Source of the DNA: an uncultured Nitrososphaerota archaeon
GTDB taxonomy: Archaea > Thermoproteota > EX4484-205 > JAAOZP01
DNA: 53,484 bases
Direction of reading: 5' to 3'
Assembly (NCBI GenBank): GCA_964616835.1
Contig: CAZTSG010000004.1
Location: 1 to 53,484 of the forward strand
In this document: one piece after another, positions 37,585 to 46,947 of the stretch
Position numbering within the stretch: the first letter of the stretch is position 1
How the letters are laid out: every line of letters begins with the position of its first letter
Notes under the pieces: model-generated
What the model was told of the DNA's origin: nothing
Seen by the model: the letters and a program-made list of their open reading frames with translations, nothing else
Databases searched by the model: none
Translations under genes and position numbers: made by a program

Positions 37585-38694
37585 AAGGGGGACGATTTCC
37601 CTCCTGAAAACAGACCTACCTATGTGCAGCTCTTTTAAGAAGAAGGATTCTAACTCTCTGAGGCTTTTCAGATGTTGAATCCTCTTAAACCTCTCCCTAA
37701 TCCTGCTCGGGAAGACAAAGCTGACCTTGTTCTTCTGAGACATTGCAAAGAAAGCGCTGGACAATTTGTGATAAAAATTCGGCATGAGCCTCCAGACAGA
37801 GTTTTTAGATATTTGTTTGAGAAGCATGTCTGCCTCAGCCACATATCTTAATGCTGGGAACAACCATTGTTTCGGTGAGAGATGGAGGATGTTTTCGAAA
37901 ACCCATTCAAGCAGGTCCTCAGGTTTTTCTTCGGAGGAAGATAATGCTAAGGAGGCTCTCTCCAGAGTTGATGCATAAGTCGCTTCTCTCAGTATTTCGA
38001 ATATGTTTTTCTCAACGTTCCTATAAGACAAGATTTTCTCCGCATCCTCGATGCTAACATCTTCTTGTGCAGAGTAAAGAAGCTCCAAGTCCTCTATGGC
38101 AGCTCTCATATCTCCCTCCGAATGCTCTGCAATCATCAATAGCACTTCCTGCCTGCATCTAATACCCTCTGCTCTACAAATGTCCCTAAGTCTCTTAACT
38201 ATGCTCTGAGACCTTATCCGGTGCAACGGAATCATGTAAACCTTATCCCTTATCCTGTAGAGATGGGGCGCCCACGGATCGTTAGCAGCCATCACAATTG
38301 GCACTCTTGACGATTCTATCAGCTCCAGCAGAAAGTTAATTGCATTGGATTCCTCGGCTGAGAGACCGTCGATCTCATCGAAGAAAATCAGCACCTTGCT
38401 GCTGAAAAGACTTCTGTTGAAAGCCGCTGGTTTAATGACGTTCTCTAAGAAATCTATTTTTCTAGTCTCGCTCGCATTAGTCTCTATAAGCCTGTAGTTA
38501 AACGTTGAAGCAACTACTTCTACAAGTATAGTCTTTCCCACACCCGGTGGGCCATGGAGCAGTGCTGCTTTTCCACGCTCATCCCATTTCTCAAGCCAAT
38601 CGATAAAGTCTTTCTTGGCAGCATCATTTCCAACTATCTCCTCTAGTGTCTTAGGCTTATACTTCTCAACCCAACTGAGTTGAGACATGCTCAT
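37459..38694 (-). CDS. rfcL: replication factor C large subunit
   Basis: Motifs WVEKYKP, GPPGVGKT, NASE, DEIDG, GDMRAAI. Confidence 0.9.
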   Translation of the reverse strand: MSMSQLSWVEKYKPKTLEEIVGNDAAKKDFIDWLEKWDERGKAALLHGPPGVGKTILVEVVASTFNYRLIETNASETRKIDFLENVIKPAAFNRSLFSSKVLIFFDEIDGLSAEESNAINFLLELIESSRVPIVMAANDPWAPHLYRIRDKVYMIPLHRIRSQSIVKRLRDICRAEGIRCRQEVLLMIAEHSEGDMRAAIEDLELLYSAQEDVSIEDAEKILSYRNVEKNIFEILREATYASTLERASLALSSSEEKPEDLLEWVFENILHLSPKQWLFPALRYVAEADMLLKQISKNSVWRLMPNFYHKLSSAFFAMSQKNKVSFVFPSRIRERFKRIQHLKSLRELESFFLKELHIGRSVFRREIVPLLRFLSEDDAFRSRVLNRLSDARLRELYNSIILREEVRRRPA

Positions 38695-39653
38695 TTCTGA
38701 ACATCTGCAGCCAATGCGGCCAGAACAGTACTTATCTGGATCTCGGCATCAGCACCCATTGCCACTCTAAAATTAGCCTCCCCGAGAGCATTAACAACCT
38801 GGAGCCTCTTTCTCTCATCCATCTCAATAGACATGAGTTCAGAATTCATCTCTCTCAGTATATCGTTTGCCGACAAGCCGTCGTCATACAAGAGTTTTGC
38901 AAGCCTTTTCCTAGCTGAGGTGAAATTACCCTTTAATGCTTCGCTTATCATCTCCTCGACCTCTCTGGGATGGAGGACCCCCACTACCTGTTTCACGCTC
39001 TCTCCCGTGATTTTCTTTAAACCCCCGGCGGCGGACTGCGCTATGTTTATCGCCTTCCTCATATCACCCCTAGCGGCCTTAACTATCTCGTCTATAGCCT
39101 CCTCAGTCCAAGATACTCCTTCCTTTTCCAATACTCTTATAACGCCCTCTCTTATGTGCGTCGGACTAAGAGGGGGGAACCTGAATACTGCGCATCGAGA
39201 TTGAATGGGCTCGATTATCCCCCATTGATAATTCGCAAGAAGTATGAATCTAGTGACTGAAGCATATCTCTCCATTATTCTCCTGAGGGCCTGTTGAGCA
39301 TCCTGAGTCATGTTATCACTCTCATCCAGTATGAGTATCTTGAAGGGGATTTCAGTAGACGGTCTACTCCTAGCGAAGTCCTTCACTATCTCCCTTATGG
39401 TGTTTATACCTCTCTCGTCTGAAGCGTTGAGCTCCATGAACCTGCCTGTGGTAGAGCCTTGGTAAAGGTCGTTTACGAGGGCTAGCGCAGCAGTAGTCTT
39501 CCCAGTACCCGGGGGGCCGACGAAAAGCATGTTTGGAACGTTCCCAGACTTTACGAATGCTTTAAGCCTAGTTACGATCTCCTCCCGGTCTATTATCTCA
39601 TCAAGCGTTTTCGGCCTATACTTCTCGACCCATAGAAGGTCTGATATGCTCAT
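38691..39653 (-). CDS. rfcS: replication factor C small subunit
   Basis: Motifs WVEKYRP, GPPGTGKT, ELNASDERG, AQQALRR, SRC. Confidence 0.95.
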   Translation of the reverse strand: MSISDLLWVEKYRPKTLDEIIDREEIVTRLKAFVKSGNVPNMLFVGPPGTGKTTAALALVNDLYQGSTTGRFMELNASDERGINTIREIVKDFARSRPSTEIPFKILILDESDNMTQDAQQALRRIMERYASVTRFILLANYQWGIIEPIQSRCAVFRFPPLSPTHIREGVIRVLEKEGVSWTEEAIDEIVKAARGDMRKAINIAQSAAGGLKKITGESVKQVVGVLHPREVEEMISEALKGNFTSARKRLAKLLYDDGLSANDILREMNSELMSIEMDERKRLQVVNALGEANFRVAMGADAEIQISTVLAALAADVQK

Positions 39654-39712
39654 CGCTACGGAAATGGTGGTTGTTTAAAGTTAAATGTTTCGCTTAACAG
39701 GCTAATTGGGAA

Positions 39713-40261
39713 TTGGATAGTATAACTAAAGAACTGCTCAACTGGATTCTTAAGAGAGAGTTGAAAAGAATAAGATTGAGATACGAGCTTGAGGAGACCC
39801 TGGTAATCCCACAGGTTGATTCGAAAAGCATCCGGCTACCTGGGCTGGGCGAGGTGGTTATGGAGAAGGGGAAGGCGATAAGGGTTTACAGAGGGGTGGC
39901 GAACCAGCTGGCTAATTCTGGATGGGCTAAAGTGAGCGAGGAGCATTTAACTGCGAAAGACGTCACTTCCATGAGATGGCTTGAATCTTCTGAAGAAGGG
40001 CTCATTAAACTCCCGGATTTCTTCTACCTTAAGGCTGTGAAACTGATGGAGAACAAGGGGGCGAAGAACATTGGGATCCAGAACGACCTGCAGGAAATAA
40101 TAGATATAAGGCTTAGAAAACTAATTAAACTAGTGTTTTTGAAGGAGGCTCCCACAAGTATTCTGGAGAGACTCCAGCCGGAGGAGCTACTCCTGTACAA
40201 CCTTCTGAAGGAAACTTTAAACATGTGGCAGAGGGAGTTGATGTATTCGGATGGAGGATAG
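39713..40261 (+). CDS. GINS subunit (Gins23-type)
   Basis: Beta-rich N-terminal part, then LPDFFY, IRLRKL and LQPEELLLY; immediately upstream of mcm. Confidence 0.8.
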   Translation: MDSITKELLNWILKRELKRIRLRYELEETLVIPQVDSKSIRLPGLGEVVMEKGKAIRVYRGVANQLANSGWAKVSEEHLTAKDVTSMRWLESSEEGLIKLPDFFYLKAVKLMENKGAKNIGIQNDLQEIIDIRLRKLIKLVFLKEAPTSILERLQPEELLLYNLLKETLNMWQRELMYSDGG

Positions 40262-43200
40262 CAGAGTCAAAGCTAAGACCCCGGTTCAAAGCCTGTTCCT
40301 AGATTTCCTACGGAATTTTAGAGACGAGAATAATGAGAGGAAGTATTACGAACAGATAGCGGCCCTCTCATCTCTCGGAGCATCATCCATCGTTATAGAC
40401 TTCCAAGACATGCTTTCCTACAGCCGGGAGATGGTTGAGGAGATTGTTGAAAACCCTTCCGTCTTGGAGGATTTGGGAAACATTGCCATGTCTATCCTGA
40501 GCAGCCTAGACAAAGACTATGCTTCAAAAATACAAAGGGTTGCTGTAAGGATAAGGGGTCTTGGAAAAAAGATATCGATTAGAGACATAAAGTCAAGCCT
40601 ACTCGGGAAGCTAGTATGTTTCGAAGGGGTTGTAGTAAGGGCTTCTGAAATAAAAAGCATACTTGTGAAGGGGGTCTTCCAATGCAAGACTTGCGGCGGC
40701 ATATATGAGGAGCCTCAGACAGGCCTTGTTTTAAAACCGCCGCGTTGCAACGTCTGTGGAACAAGCAAGCTCTCGAATTTCGAATTACTGCAGGACCGCT
40801 CTGAATTCATGGATTACCAAGAGATAAGGGTTCAGGAGAAGCCTGAGGACCTGCCGGCGGGGGTGATGCCCCACAGCATAAACCTTAGGCTTACTGGAGA
40901 CTTGACTGATCGAGTCAGGCCCGGGGACAGGGTTCAGATAACGGGGGTAGTAGTCGCCACTCCAGACAGACATCCTATGAAGAACCTCCAGTATACGACT
41001 TTCTCGCTTAGCATTGAGGTGAACTATATAGAGGCCTTGATGCAGGAGCTTGGAGAAGTAACGTTAACACCTGAAGAGGAGAAGAAGATTATTGAAATGA
41101 GCAAGGACCCGTGGATATACCAGAAGCTGATAAAGTCTATAGCACCATCAATATACGGTCTTGAGGAGATTAAGGAAGCAATCCTCCTGCAGATGGTTGG
41201 AGGAGTGAGGAGAACCTATCCTGATGGCGTGACCGTCAGGGGGGACATAAACCTGCTTCTAATAGGCGACCCCGGCACGGCTAAGAGCCAGCTTCTTAAA
41301 TATGTTCAAAGAATAGCCCCGAGGGGGCTTTACACTTCCGGAAGAGGGGTTACGGCAGCAGGCTTAACGGCAGCGGTTGTCAGAGACAAGACCGGAAGCT
41401 TCACGCTAGAGGCTGGCGCGGTTGTCCTCGCCGACAAGGGGATTGCTGCAATAGACGAGTTTGAGAAGATGAAGGCGGAGGACAGGGTTGCTATACACGA
41501 GGCGATGGAGCAACAATCTTATCATCCATCAACCGAGATATTGCTAGCAAATGGAAAGAAAGTTAAGATAGGTGAATATGTTGACGATTTATTTAGAAGA
41601 TTTGAATCTGAAAAGGTTCAGGGCATAAACTGTGAAATTCTCCCTCTACGGATTAAAGAGGAAATCTATTCGATGGATTTAGAATCAGGCCTCGTAAAAA
41701 GGCTCCGCATAGATAGAGTGAGTAGGCATGTTGCACCAGATTTCTTCGTAAGCATAACTTATTCTAATGGAAGACGAATCCTGGTTACACCCGAGCATCC
41801 TGTCTATGTTTTCAGAGAGAAAGGCCTAACGGTTGTTAATGCTATAGACGTGAAAGAAGGGGACTTCGTTCCAGCTCCTAGAGTCGTTGAAGACGAGTAT
41901 ATTTCACCTCCATCGCTTGCGTTATCCCCGGAGGACCCTCGGGAAAAGGAGGTAACTCTTCCAACTCAGCTTACCCCTGAAGTCGCCAAGATATTGGGTT
42001 ACCTGATAACTGAAGGTTGCTTTTATCAGGGTTCAAGTTATGAAATTGTTTTCGCAAACAAGAATCCACTAATCCTGGATGAAGTAAAGACCCTTATGAG
42101 CTCCGTTTTTGGGATAATCCCTATATGTAGTAATAACTCGTACGGCGTACCCTCCCTGCGATATGTATCCTCCAAGTTGTTTAAGTGGTTCAAGCTTAAT
42201 TTTCCAGAAATCGTTCAGAAGGCTAGATGGAAACGTGTACCATCCAAGATTTTTTCAGCTCCACTCGATTCCATCAGAGAATTTCTAAGGGCAGCATTCC
42301 TTGGAGACGGGAGTGTTGAGACTGAGGCTATTTGCTACAGGACTGCTTCAAGAGGCTTAGCGGAAGACTACCAAGATCTTCTTCTTAGACTTGGAATAGC
42401 TTCTCGAATAATAAGAGATGCAAGTAACGACAGTTTCAAGGTTTATATCGCTGGCGAATCTCTCTTGCGTTTCAAGGACCAGGTAATCGATCCAAGTGAC
42501 AGCAGGATTAGCACTATATCTAGGATGGTAGACAAGAGTCAGAAGGTTAATCGTCATCACGATGTCATTCCGACAGGCTTTGCCTACCTTATCAATGAAA
42601 CAAACAGAATGCTGGGATTAAGAAACGAGGGATACTTTTACGAGCATGCAAAGGGAGGATATGGTATAACGGTCGATGTCACCAGTCGCTTTCTTAATAA
42701 GCTTAAGAAACGTGTTAAGGAAATAGAAGAAAACCTAATGTTTGCTTCTTCAATTCGCGAACTAAGGTCGATAACCAATTGGTCTCAAAAACAGCTTGCA
42801 GGTGCAATTCTTGTAAACCGCAGCATGATAGATTATCATGAAAGAGGAGGGTATAGTGAAGAAATGAGACTGAAACTTGTTCAAAAAGCAAAAGACGCAG
42901 TAGCTTTGAATCTAGCAGAAGCCAAACAGAACATCATTAAGCTTGATAGAATTCTTAAACAGAACATTAGGTTCCTAAGAATAAAGGAAGTAAGATTGGT
43001 TCCGAATAAGGGCAAATACAGGACTAAATGGGTTTACGATGTTACTGTTGAACCAACGCACAATTTCATAAGTCACGGCGTTGTATTACATAACACTGTG
43101 AGCGTGGCGAAGGGAGGAATAGTGGCAACGCTAAACGCTAGGACAGCCATACTGGCTGCGGCAAACCCTGTTTACGGCAGGTATGACGACAGCCTTAATT

Positions 43201-43892
43201 TCAGCGAGAACGTTGACCTGCCCCCGACTCTGCTTTCTAGGTTCGACCTATACTTCATAATAAAGGATAGGCCTGATAAGGAGGCTGACGCCAAGCTCTC
43301 AGACCATATCTTACAGTTGCACATGGAGGCCTATAACTATGGTGATGAAATCATCCCCCCGGATATCCTAAGGAAGTACTTAGCTTATTGTAAGAGAATA
43401 GTGCCTAGGCTCACGCCTGAAGCAACTGAAAGGATCAAGAGCTTCTTCCTCCAGCTTAGGGGCAGCAGCCAAGAGGCGAATGCTCCAATACCCATAACGC
43501 CGAGGCATTTAGAGTCTCTGATAAGGCTGAGCGTAGCCAGGGCCAGGGTGATGCTAAGGGACGAGGTTACTGTCGAGGACGCGGAGGCAGCTATAAGACT
43601 AATGGACTACAGCCTGCGTACGGCTGGCCTAGATGTTTCAACCGGGAAGATTGACGTCGACATCTTGATGACGGGAAGGTCCAGGAGTAAATGGGAGAAG
43701 ATGCGGATAATATTGAAGGAAATAGAGAACCTTGAGGCTGAAACCGGCAAAGCCTTGTTGAGCGAGTTGAGGAAGAGATGCGAGGAGAAGAAGATTGAAC
43801 CAGACGAGTTCTATAAGCTCATAGAGCAGATGAGGGAACAGGGAGTAATAATGTTCCCCGACGAGGAGACTGTTAGAAGAATAAGGCGTTGA
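40251..43892 (+). CDS. mcm: replicative helicase MCM containing one intein (687 aa after splicing)
   Basis: Zn finger CKTC/CNVC, GDPGTAKSQ, IDEFEKM, HEAMEQQ|TVSVAK, SRFD, TPRHLES. Confidence 0.96.
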   Translation: MEDSRVKAKTPVQSLFLDFLRNFRDENNERKYYEQIAALSSLGASSIVIDFQDMLSYSREMVEEIVENPSVLEDLGNIAMSILSSLDKDYASKIQRVAVRIRGLGKKISIRDIKSSLLGKLVCFEGVVVRASEIKSILVKGVFQCKTCGGIYEEPQTGLVLKPPRCNVCGTSKLSNFELLQDRSEFMDYQEIRVQEKPEDLPAGVMPHSINLRLTGDLTDRVRPGDRVQITGVVVATPDRHPMKNLQYTTFSLSIEVNYIEALMQELGEVTLTPEEEKKIIEMSKDPWIYQKLIKSIAPSIYGLEEIKEAILLQMVGGVRRTYPDGVTVRGDINLLLIGDPGTAKSQLLKYVQRIAPRGLYTSGRGVTAAGLTAAVVRDKTGSFTLEAGAVVLADKGIAAIDEFEKMKAEDRVAIHEAMEQQSYHPSTEILLANGKKVKIGEYVDDLFRRFESEKVQGINCEILPLRIKEEIYSMDLESGLVKRLRIDRVSRHVAPDFFVSITYSNGRRILVTPEHPVYVFREKGLTVVNAIDVKEGDFVPAPRVVEDEYISPPSLALSPEDPREKEVTLPTQLTPEVAKILGYLITEGCFYQGSSYEIVFANKNPLILDEVKTLMSSVFGIIPICSNNSYGVPSLRYVSSKLFKWFKLNFPEIVQKARWKRVPSKIFSAPLDSIREFLRAAFLGDGSVETEAICYRTASRGLAEDYQDLLLRLGIASRIIRDASNDSFKVYIAGESLLRFKDQVIDPSDSRISTISRMVDKSQKVNRHHDVIPTGFAYLINETNRMLGLRNEGYFYEHAKGGYGITVDVTSRFLNKLKKRVKEIEENLMFASSIRELRSITNWSQKQLAGAILVNRSMIDYHERGGYSEEMRLKLVQKAKDAVALNLAEAKQNIIKLDRILKQNIRFLRIKEVRLVPNKGKYRTKWVYDVTVEPTHNFISHGVVLHNTVSVAKGGIVATLNARTAILAAANPVYGRYDDSLNFSENVDLPPTLLSRFDLYFIIKDRPDKEADAKLSDHILQLHMEAYNYGDEIIPPDILRKYLAYCKRIVPRLTPEATERIKSFFLQLRGSSQEANAPIPITPRHLESLIRLSVARARVMLRDEVTVEDAEAAIRLMDYSLRTAGLDVSTGKIDVDILMTGRSRSKWEKMRIILKEIENLEAETGKALLSELRKRCEEKKIEPDEFYKLIEQMREQGVIMFPDEETVRRIRR
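41517..43094 (+). mobile_element. 526-aa intein with LAGLIDADG homing endonuclease and internal XRE-type HTH
   Basis: QQ|SYHP start, VTPEHP, LGYLITEG, FLRAAFLGDG, IRELR...SQKQLA...YHERG, VYDV, end LHN|T. Confidence 0.93.
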
Positions 43893-43893
43893 A

Positions 43894-46107
43894 ATGGATT
43901 TAGAAGAACTGCCAATAGGAGAAGATGCTAAGAGGGAGCTTGAGAAGGCAGGTTTTAAAACGCTCTACCCGCCTCAGGGGCAGGCAGTTAAGGCAGGGTT
44001 ATTCCAAGGGGAAAACCTGCTCTTAGCAGTGCCCACAGCCTCCGGTAAAACCCTAGTTGCGCAACTGGCGGCGATATACAAGCTTAAGAAGGAAGGAGGT
44101 AAAACCGTTTACCTAGTCCCGCTTAGGGCAATAGCTTGGGAGAAATACGTTGATTTTAGCATCCTGAGGGAGATCGAGGGTTTTAAAGGGAGGAGGATTA
44201 GGATAGCCCTAGCAACCGGTGACTATGATTCTAAGGCTGAGGAGCTTGCCGATTACGACGTAATAGTCGCAACCTACGAGAAGTTCGACTCGATAATTAG
44301 GCACAGGCCGAAGTGGATAAGCGAAGTCAATCTTGTTATCTTCGACGAGATACACTACGTGGATTCTGAAGACCGCGGCCCCGGCATAGAGACGCTAGTA
44401 TCCTTCACCAAGGCAATCCTGCCTAGGGCCCAGTTGATAGCTTTAAGCGCCACAGTCTCCAACGCCGACGAGGTTGCGAAATGGCTTGGCGCGAAATGCA
44501 TAGTTTCCGAATGGAGGCCCGTCAGCCTTAGGGAAGGGGTTCTCCACGGCTCCAGAATATTCTTCAAAGACGGGGAGACCGTTGAGCTGAAGGATGATTT
44601 TGAAGAACCCTTGCATTCGCTGCTCGCATACTCGCTTAAGGACGGCGGCCAAGCTCTTTTCTTCGTCGAAACTAGGAGGAAGACAGTATACTTAGCAAGA
44701 AAGCTCTCCTCAGTATCCTACTTATACCTCTCCGAGTCTGAAAGGAGGAGACTGAAGGAGCTTGCGGGGGAAATAAGGGAGAACAGCGAGTCGACGATAA
44801 TTGGAGAAGATCTTGCGAGCGTTATTGAAAAAGGCGTTGCCTTCCACCACGCAGGGTTAACGAGCTTCCAGCGCAGGATTATTGAAGAGGCGTTTAGAGA
44901 GAGGGTTTTAAAAGTAATAACGGCAACCCCGACCCTAGCAGCAGGGGTAAACCTTCCCGCAAGAGTTGTCTGCGTAACCTCGGTTAGTAGATTCGACCCC
45001 GAAACACACACCAGTAGTATGATACCCATCATGGAGTATAAGCAGATGGCTGGGAGAGCTGGCAGACCCAGGTACGACAGGTTTGGGGAAGCAGTCATAT
45101 ACGCTAGGAGCGAGAGGGACATAGACTACTTGATGGCCAGGTATATCGAGTCTATTGCTGAACCAATAGAGTCTAAGCTTGGTCTAGGAACATATTTTTC
45201 AACAGCCGTACTCGCTTCAATCGCCAGCGGGATAGCGGTTGACATTGAAAGCATTCTCGAAGTATTTAGAAACACGCTCTACCACGTTCAGAAAGGGAAG
45301 GGGGTTTCAAGCAGGGTTAAGAGAGTTTTGAAAATACTTATGGACGATGGGCTCATAATCAGGAGGAACAGTTTCCTCGAGGCAACGCCCCTAGGGAGAA
45401 GAATATCCGAACTATATATTTCACCGTCGACCGGAGTATTGTTTCTAAACGGTCTGAAGAACAAGCCGCAGTCCTTCACCGAGGTAAGCGGCCTAAACCT
45501 GATATGCGCATCCCCAGACATGAAGCCTAAGTTCAGCGTAACAGGCTCGACTGAAAGCTTCGTAATCGATTTCGTCGGAAAACATGAGCCGGAGCTATAT
45601 CTCGACATTGAGGACATTAGCCCGATGGAGACCTATAAGACGATGACAGTGCTCTGGATGTGGATAAACGAGTATAGCGAGGACGATATCTATCTTAAGC
45701 TGGGCGTAGAACCCGGAGACCTTTACGCCTGCAAGGAGACGGCACAGTGGTTAGCATACTCAGCTAAGGAGATAGCTAGACTTCTCAAAGACCATGATGC
45801 TTTAAAGAAGCTTGAGGAGCTTGAGGCCAGAATAGAGTACGGCGTTAAGCCGGAGCTAATTGAGCTAGTGTCTTCGCTCGAGGGGGTCGGCAGAGTAAGA
45901 GCTAGACGCCTCTTTAACCATGGTTTCAAAAGGCTTTCCGATATTGCTTCCGCCAGCGTGAGCGAGCTTTCAAGAATACCGGGAATAGGGCAGAAGCTTG
46001 CGTTAAGCATAAAGAAAGAAGCAGGAGGAATAATACACAAAGAGGAGTGGGAGAAGAGAAAGATGGGGGAAAAGGTTCAAACAAGCCTCGCCGAATTCAA
46101 CGATTAA
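43894..46107 (+). CDS. hel308: Ski2-like DNA helicase Hel308/Hjm
   Basis: Motifs PTASGKT, DEIH, SAT, FHHAGL, QMAGRAGRP, GVGRVRARRL and HhH. Confidence 0.93.
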   Translation: MDLEELPIGEDAKRELEKAGFKTLYPPQGQAVKAGLFQGENLLLAVPTASGKTLVAQLAAIYKLKKEGGKTVYLVPLRAIAWEKYVDFSILREIEGFKGRRIRIALATGDYDSKAEELADYDVIVATYEKFDSIIRHRPKWISEVNLVIFDEIHYVDSEDRGPGIETLVSFTKAILPRAQLIALSATVSNADEVAKWLGAKCIVSEWRPVSLREGVLHGSRIFFKDGETVELKDDFEEPLHSLLAYSLKDGGQALFFVETRRKTVYLARKLSSVSYLYLSESERRRLKELAGEIRENSESTIIGEDLASVIEKGVAFHHAGLTSFQRRIIEEAFRERVLKVITATPTLAAGVNLPARVVCVTSVSRFDPETHTSSMIPIMEYKQMAGRAGRPRYDRFGEAVIYARSERDIDYLMARYIESIAEPIESKLGLGTYFSTAVLASIASGIAVDIESILEVFRNTLYHVQKGKGVSSRVKRVLKILMDDGLIIRRNSFLEATPLGRRISELYISPSTGVLFLNGLKNKPQSFTEVSGLNLICASPDMKPKFSVTGSTESFVIDFVGKHEPELYLDIEDISPMETYKTMTVLWMWINEYSEDDIYLKLGVEPGDLYACKETAQWLAYSAKEIARLLKDHDALKKLEELEARIEYGVKPELIELVSSLEGVGRVRARRLFNHGFKRLSDIASASVSELSRIPGIGQKLALSIKKEAGGIIHKEEWEKRKMGEKVQTSLAEFND

Positions 46108-46191
46108 AAATTTATAATTATTAAGATTTAAAAAGGGTCAAAAATATTGTGGCGAATTATCAACACTTTTTACGATTAGATTAAATAGCCC

Positions 46192-46205
46192 GTTCCAGTA
46201 GAAAT
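46192..46205 (+). promoter_or_regulatory. ORB-like box GTTCCAGTAGAAAT upstream of cdvA
   Basis: One mismatch to the ORB core GTTCCAGTGGAAAT (recalled consensus). It lies between a TATA-like TTAAATA and the ATG. Confidence 0.35.
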
Positions 46206-46212
46206 CCAGGTA

Positions 46213-46935
46213 ATGGATTGCAGCAAGATATTGGGTCTGCCAGTTAAAGACATTTATGAGAGAGAAGTTGGAACCCTCGTTGGCTTTGAAATCGATTCAA
46301 GGGGGATGCCCTCCAGCTTCTTCATAATGATGCCCAGCGGTAGCTTCCTAAAGGTTGACGGGGAGGCTGTTGAGGCTGGGAAAGAATACGTGGTTTTGAA
46401 AAACTTCTGGAAGATAAAGGCTGAGAGCTTGATAAGGGGGATTGAGATAACTAAGAGGAGAATAGAGGCTCTTGAAAAGCTTAGGCAGGATCATCAGATA
46501 CCTACTAACGTATACGATGAGCTTAAGAACGTGTATACGAAAGACATGGTTGAGCTAAACAACAGGGTTGTTGAACTGGTTTCAGAGCTGAGTAAGGTTC
46601 AGGAGGAGCTTAAGAACAGGCTTGACATGCTAACCAGAATAAGGTCTATAAACAGGGTTCAGCTCTCCACGGGGGAAGTCGATGAAATAGGCTATAAGGC
46701 TGCGGAAACCATGATAGAATCTAATCTAGACATAACGCTTTTAGAGATAAAGGAGACAGAATCGCTGCTAGCCAGGTTGAAAAACCTGAAGCAGAGAGTT
46801 TCCCACGAGGCAACGGTATCGCAGAGAAGCAGTTTCATAGAGCTTTTAAGAGCCATCAACAGCAATAAGCAGCAGAACCCGGATAGCCCGCTTGTCGTTA
46901 GGCTTCAAAGCGTTATGCAGAGCCAGCAGCAGTAG
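46213..46935 (+). CDS. cdvA: CdvA-like cell division protein
   Basis: N-terminal PRC-barrel pattern (LGLPVKDIYEREVG), a long coiled coil with GEVDE..Y, and C-terminal PLVVRL peptide. Confidence 0.8.
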   Translation: MDCSKILGLPVKDIYEREVGTLVGFEIDSRGMPSSFFIMMPSGSFLKVDGEAVEAGKEYVVLKNFWKIKAESLIRGIEITKRRIEALEKLRQDHQIPTNVYDELKNVYTKDMVELNNRVVELVSELSKVQEELKNRLDMLTRIRSINRVQLSTGEVDEIGYKAAETMIESNLDITLLEIKETESLLARLKNLKQRVSHEATVSQRSSFIELLRAINSNKQQNPDSPLVVRLQSVMQSQQQ

Positions 46936-46947
46936 AAATCCTCAACA

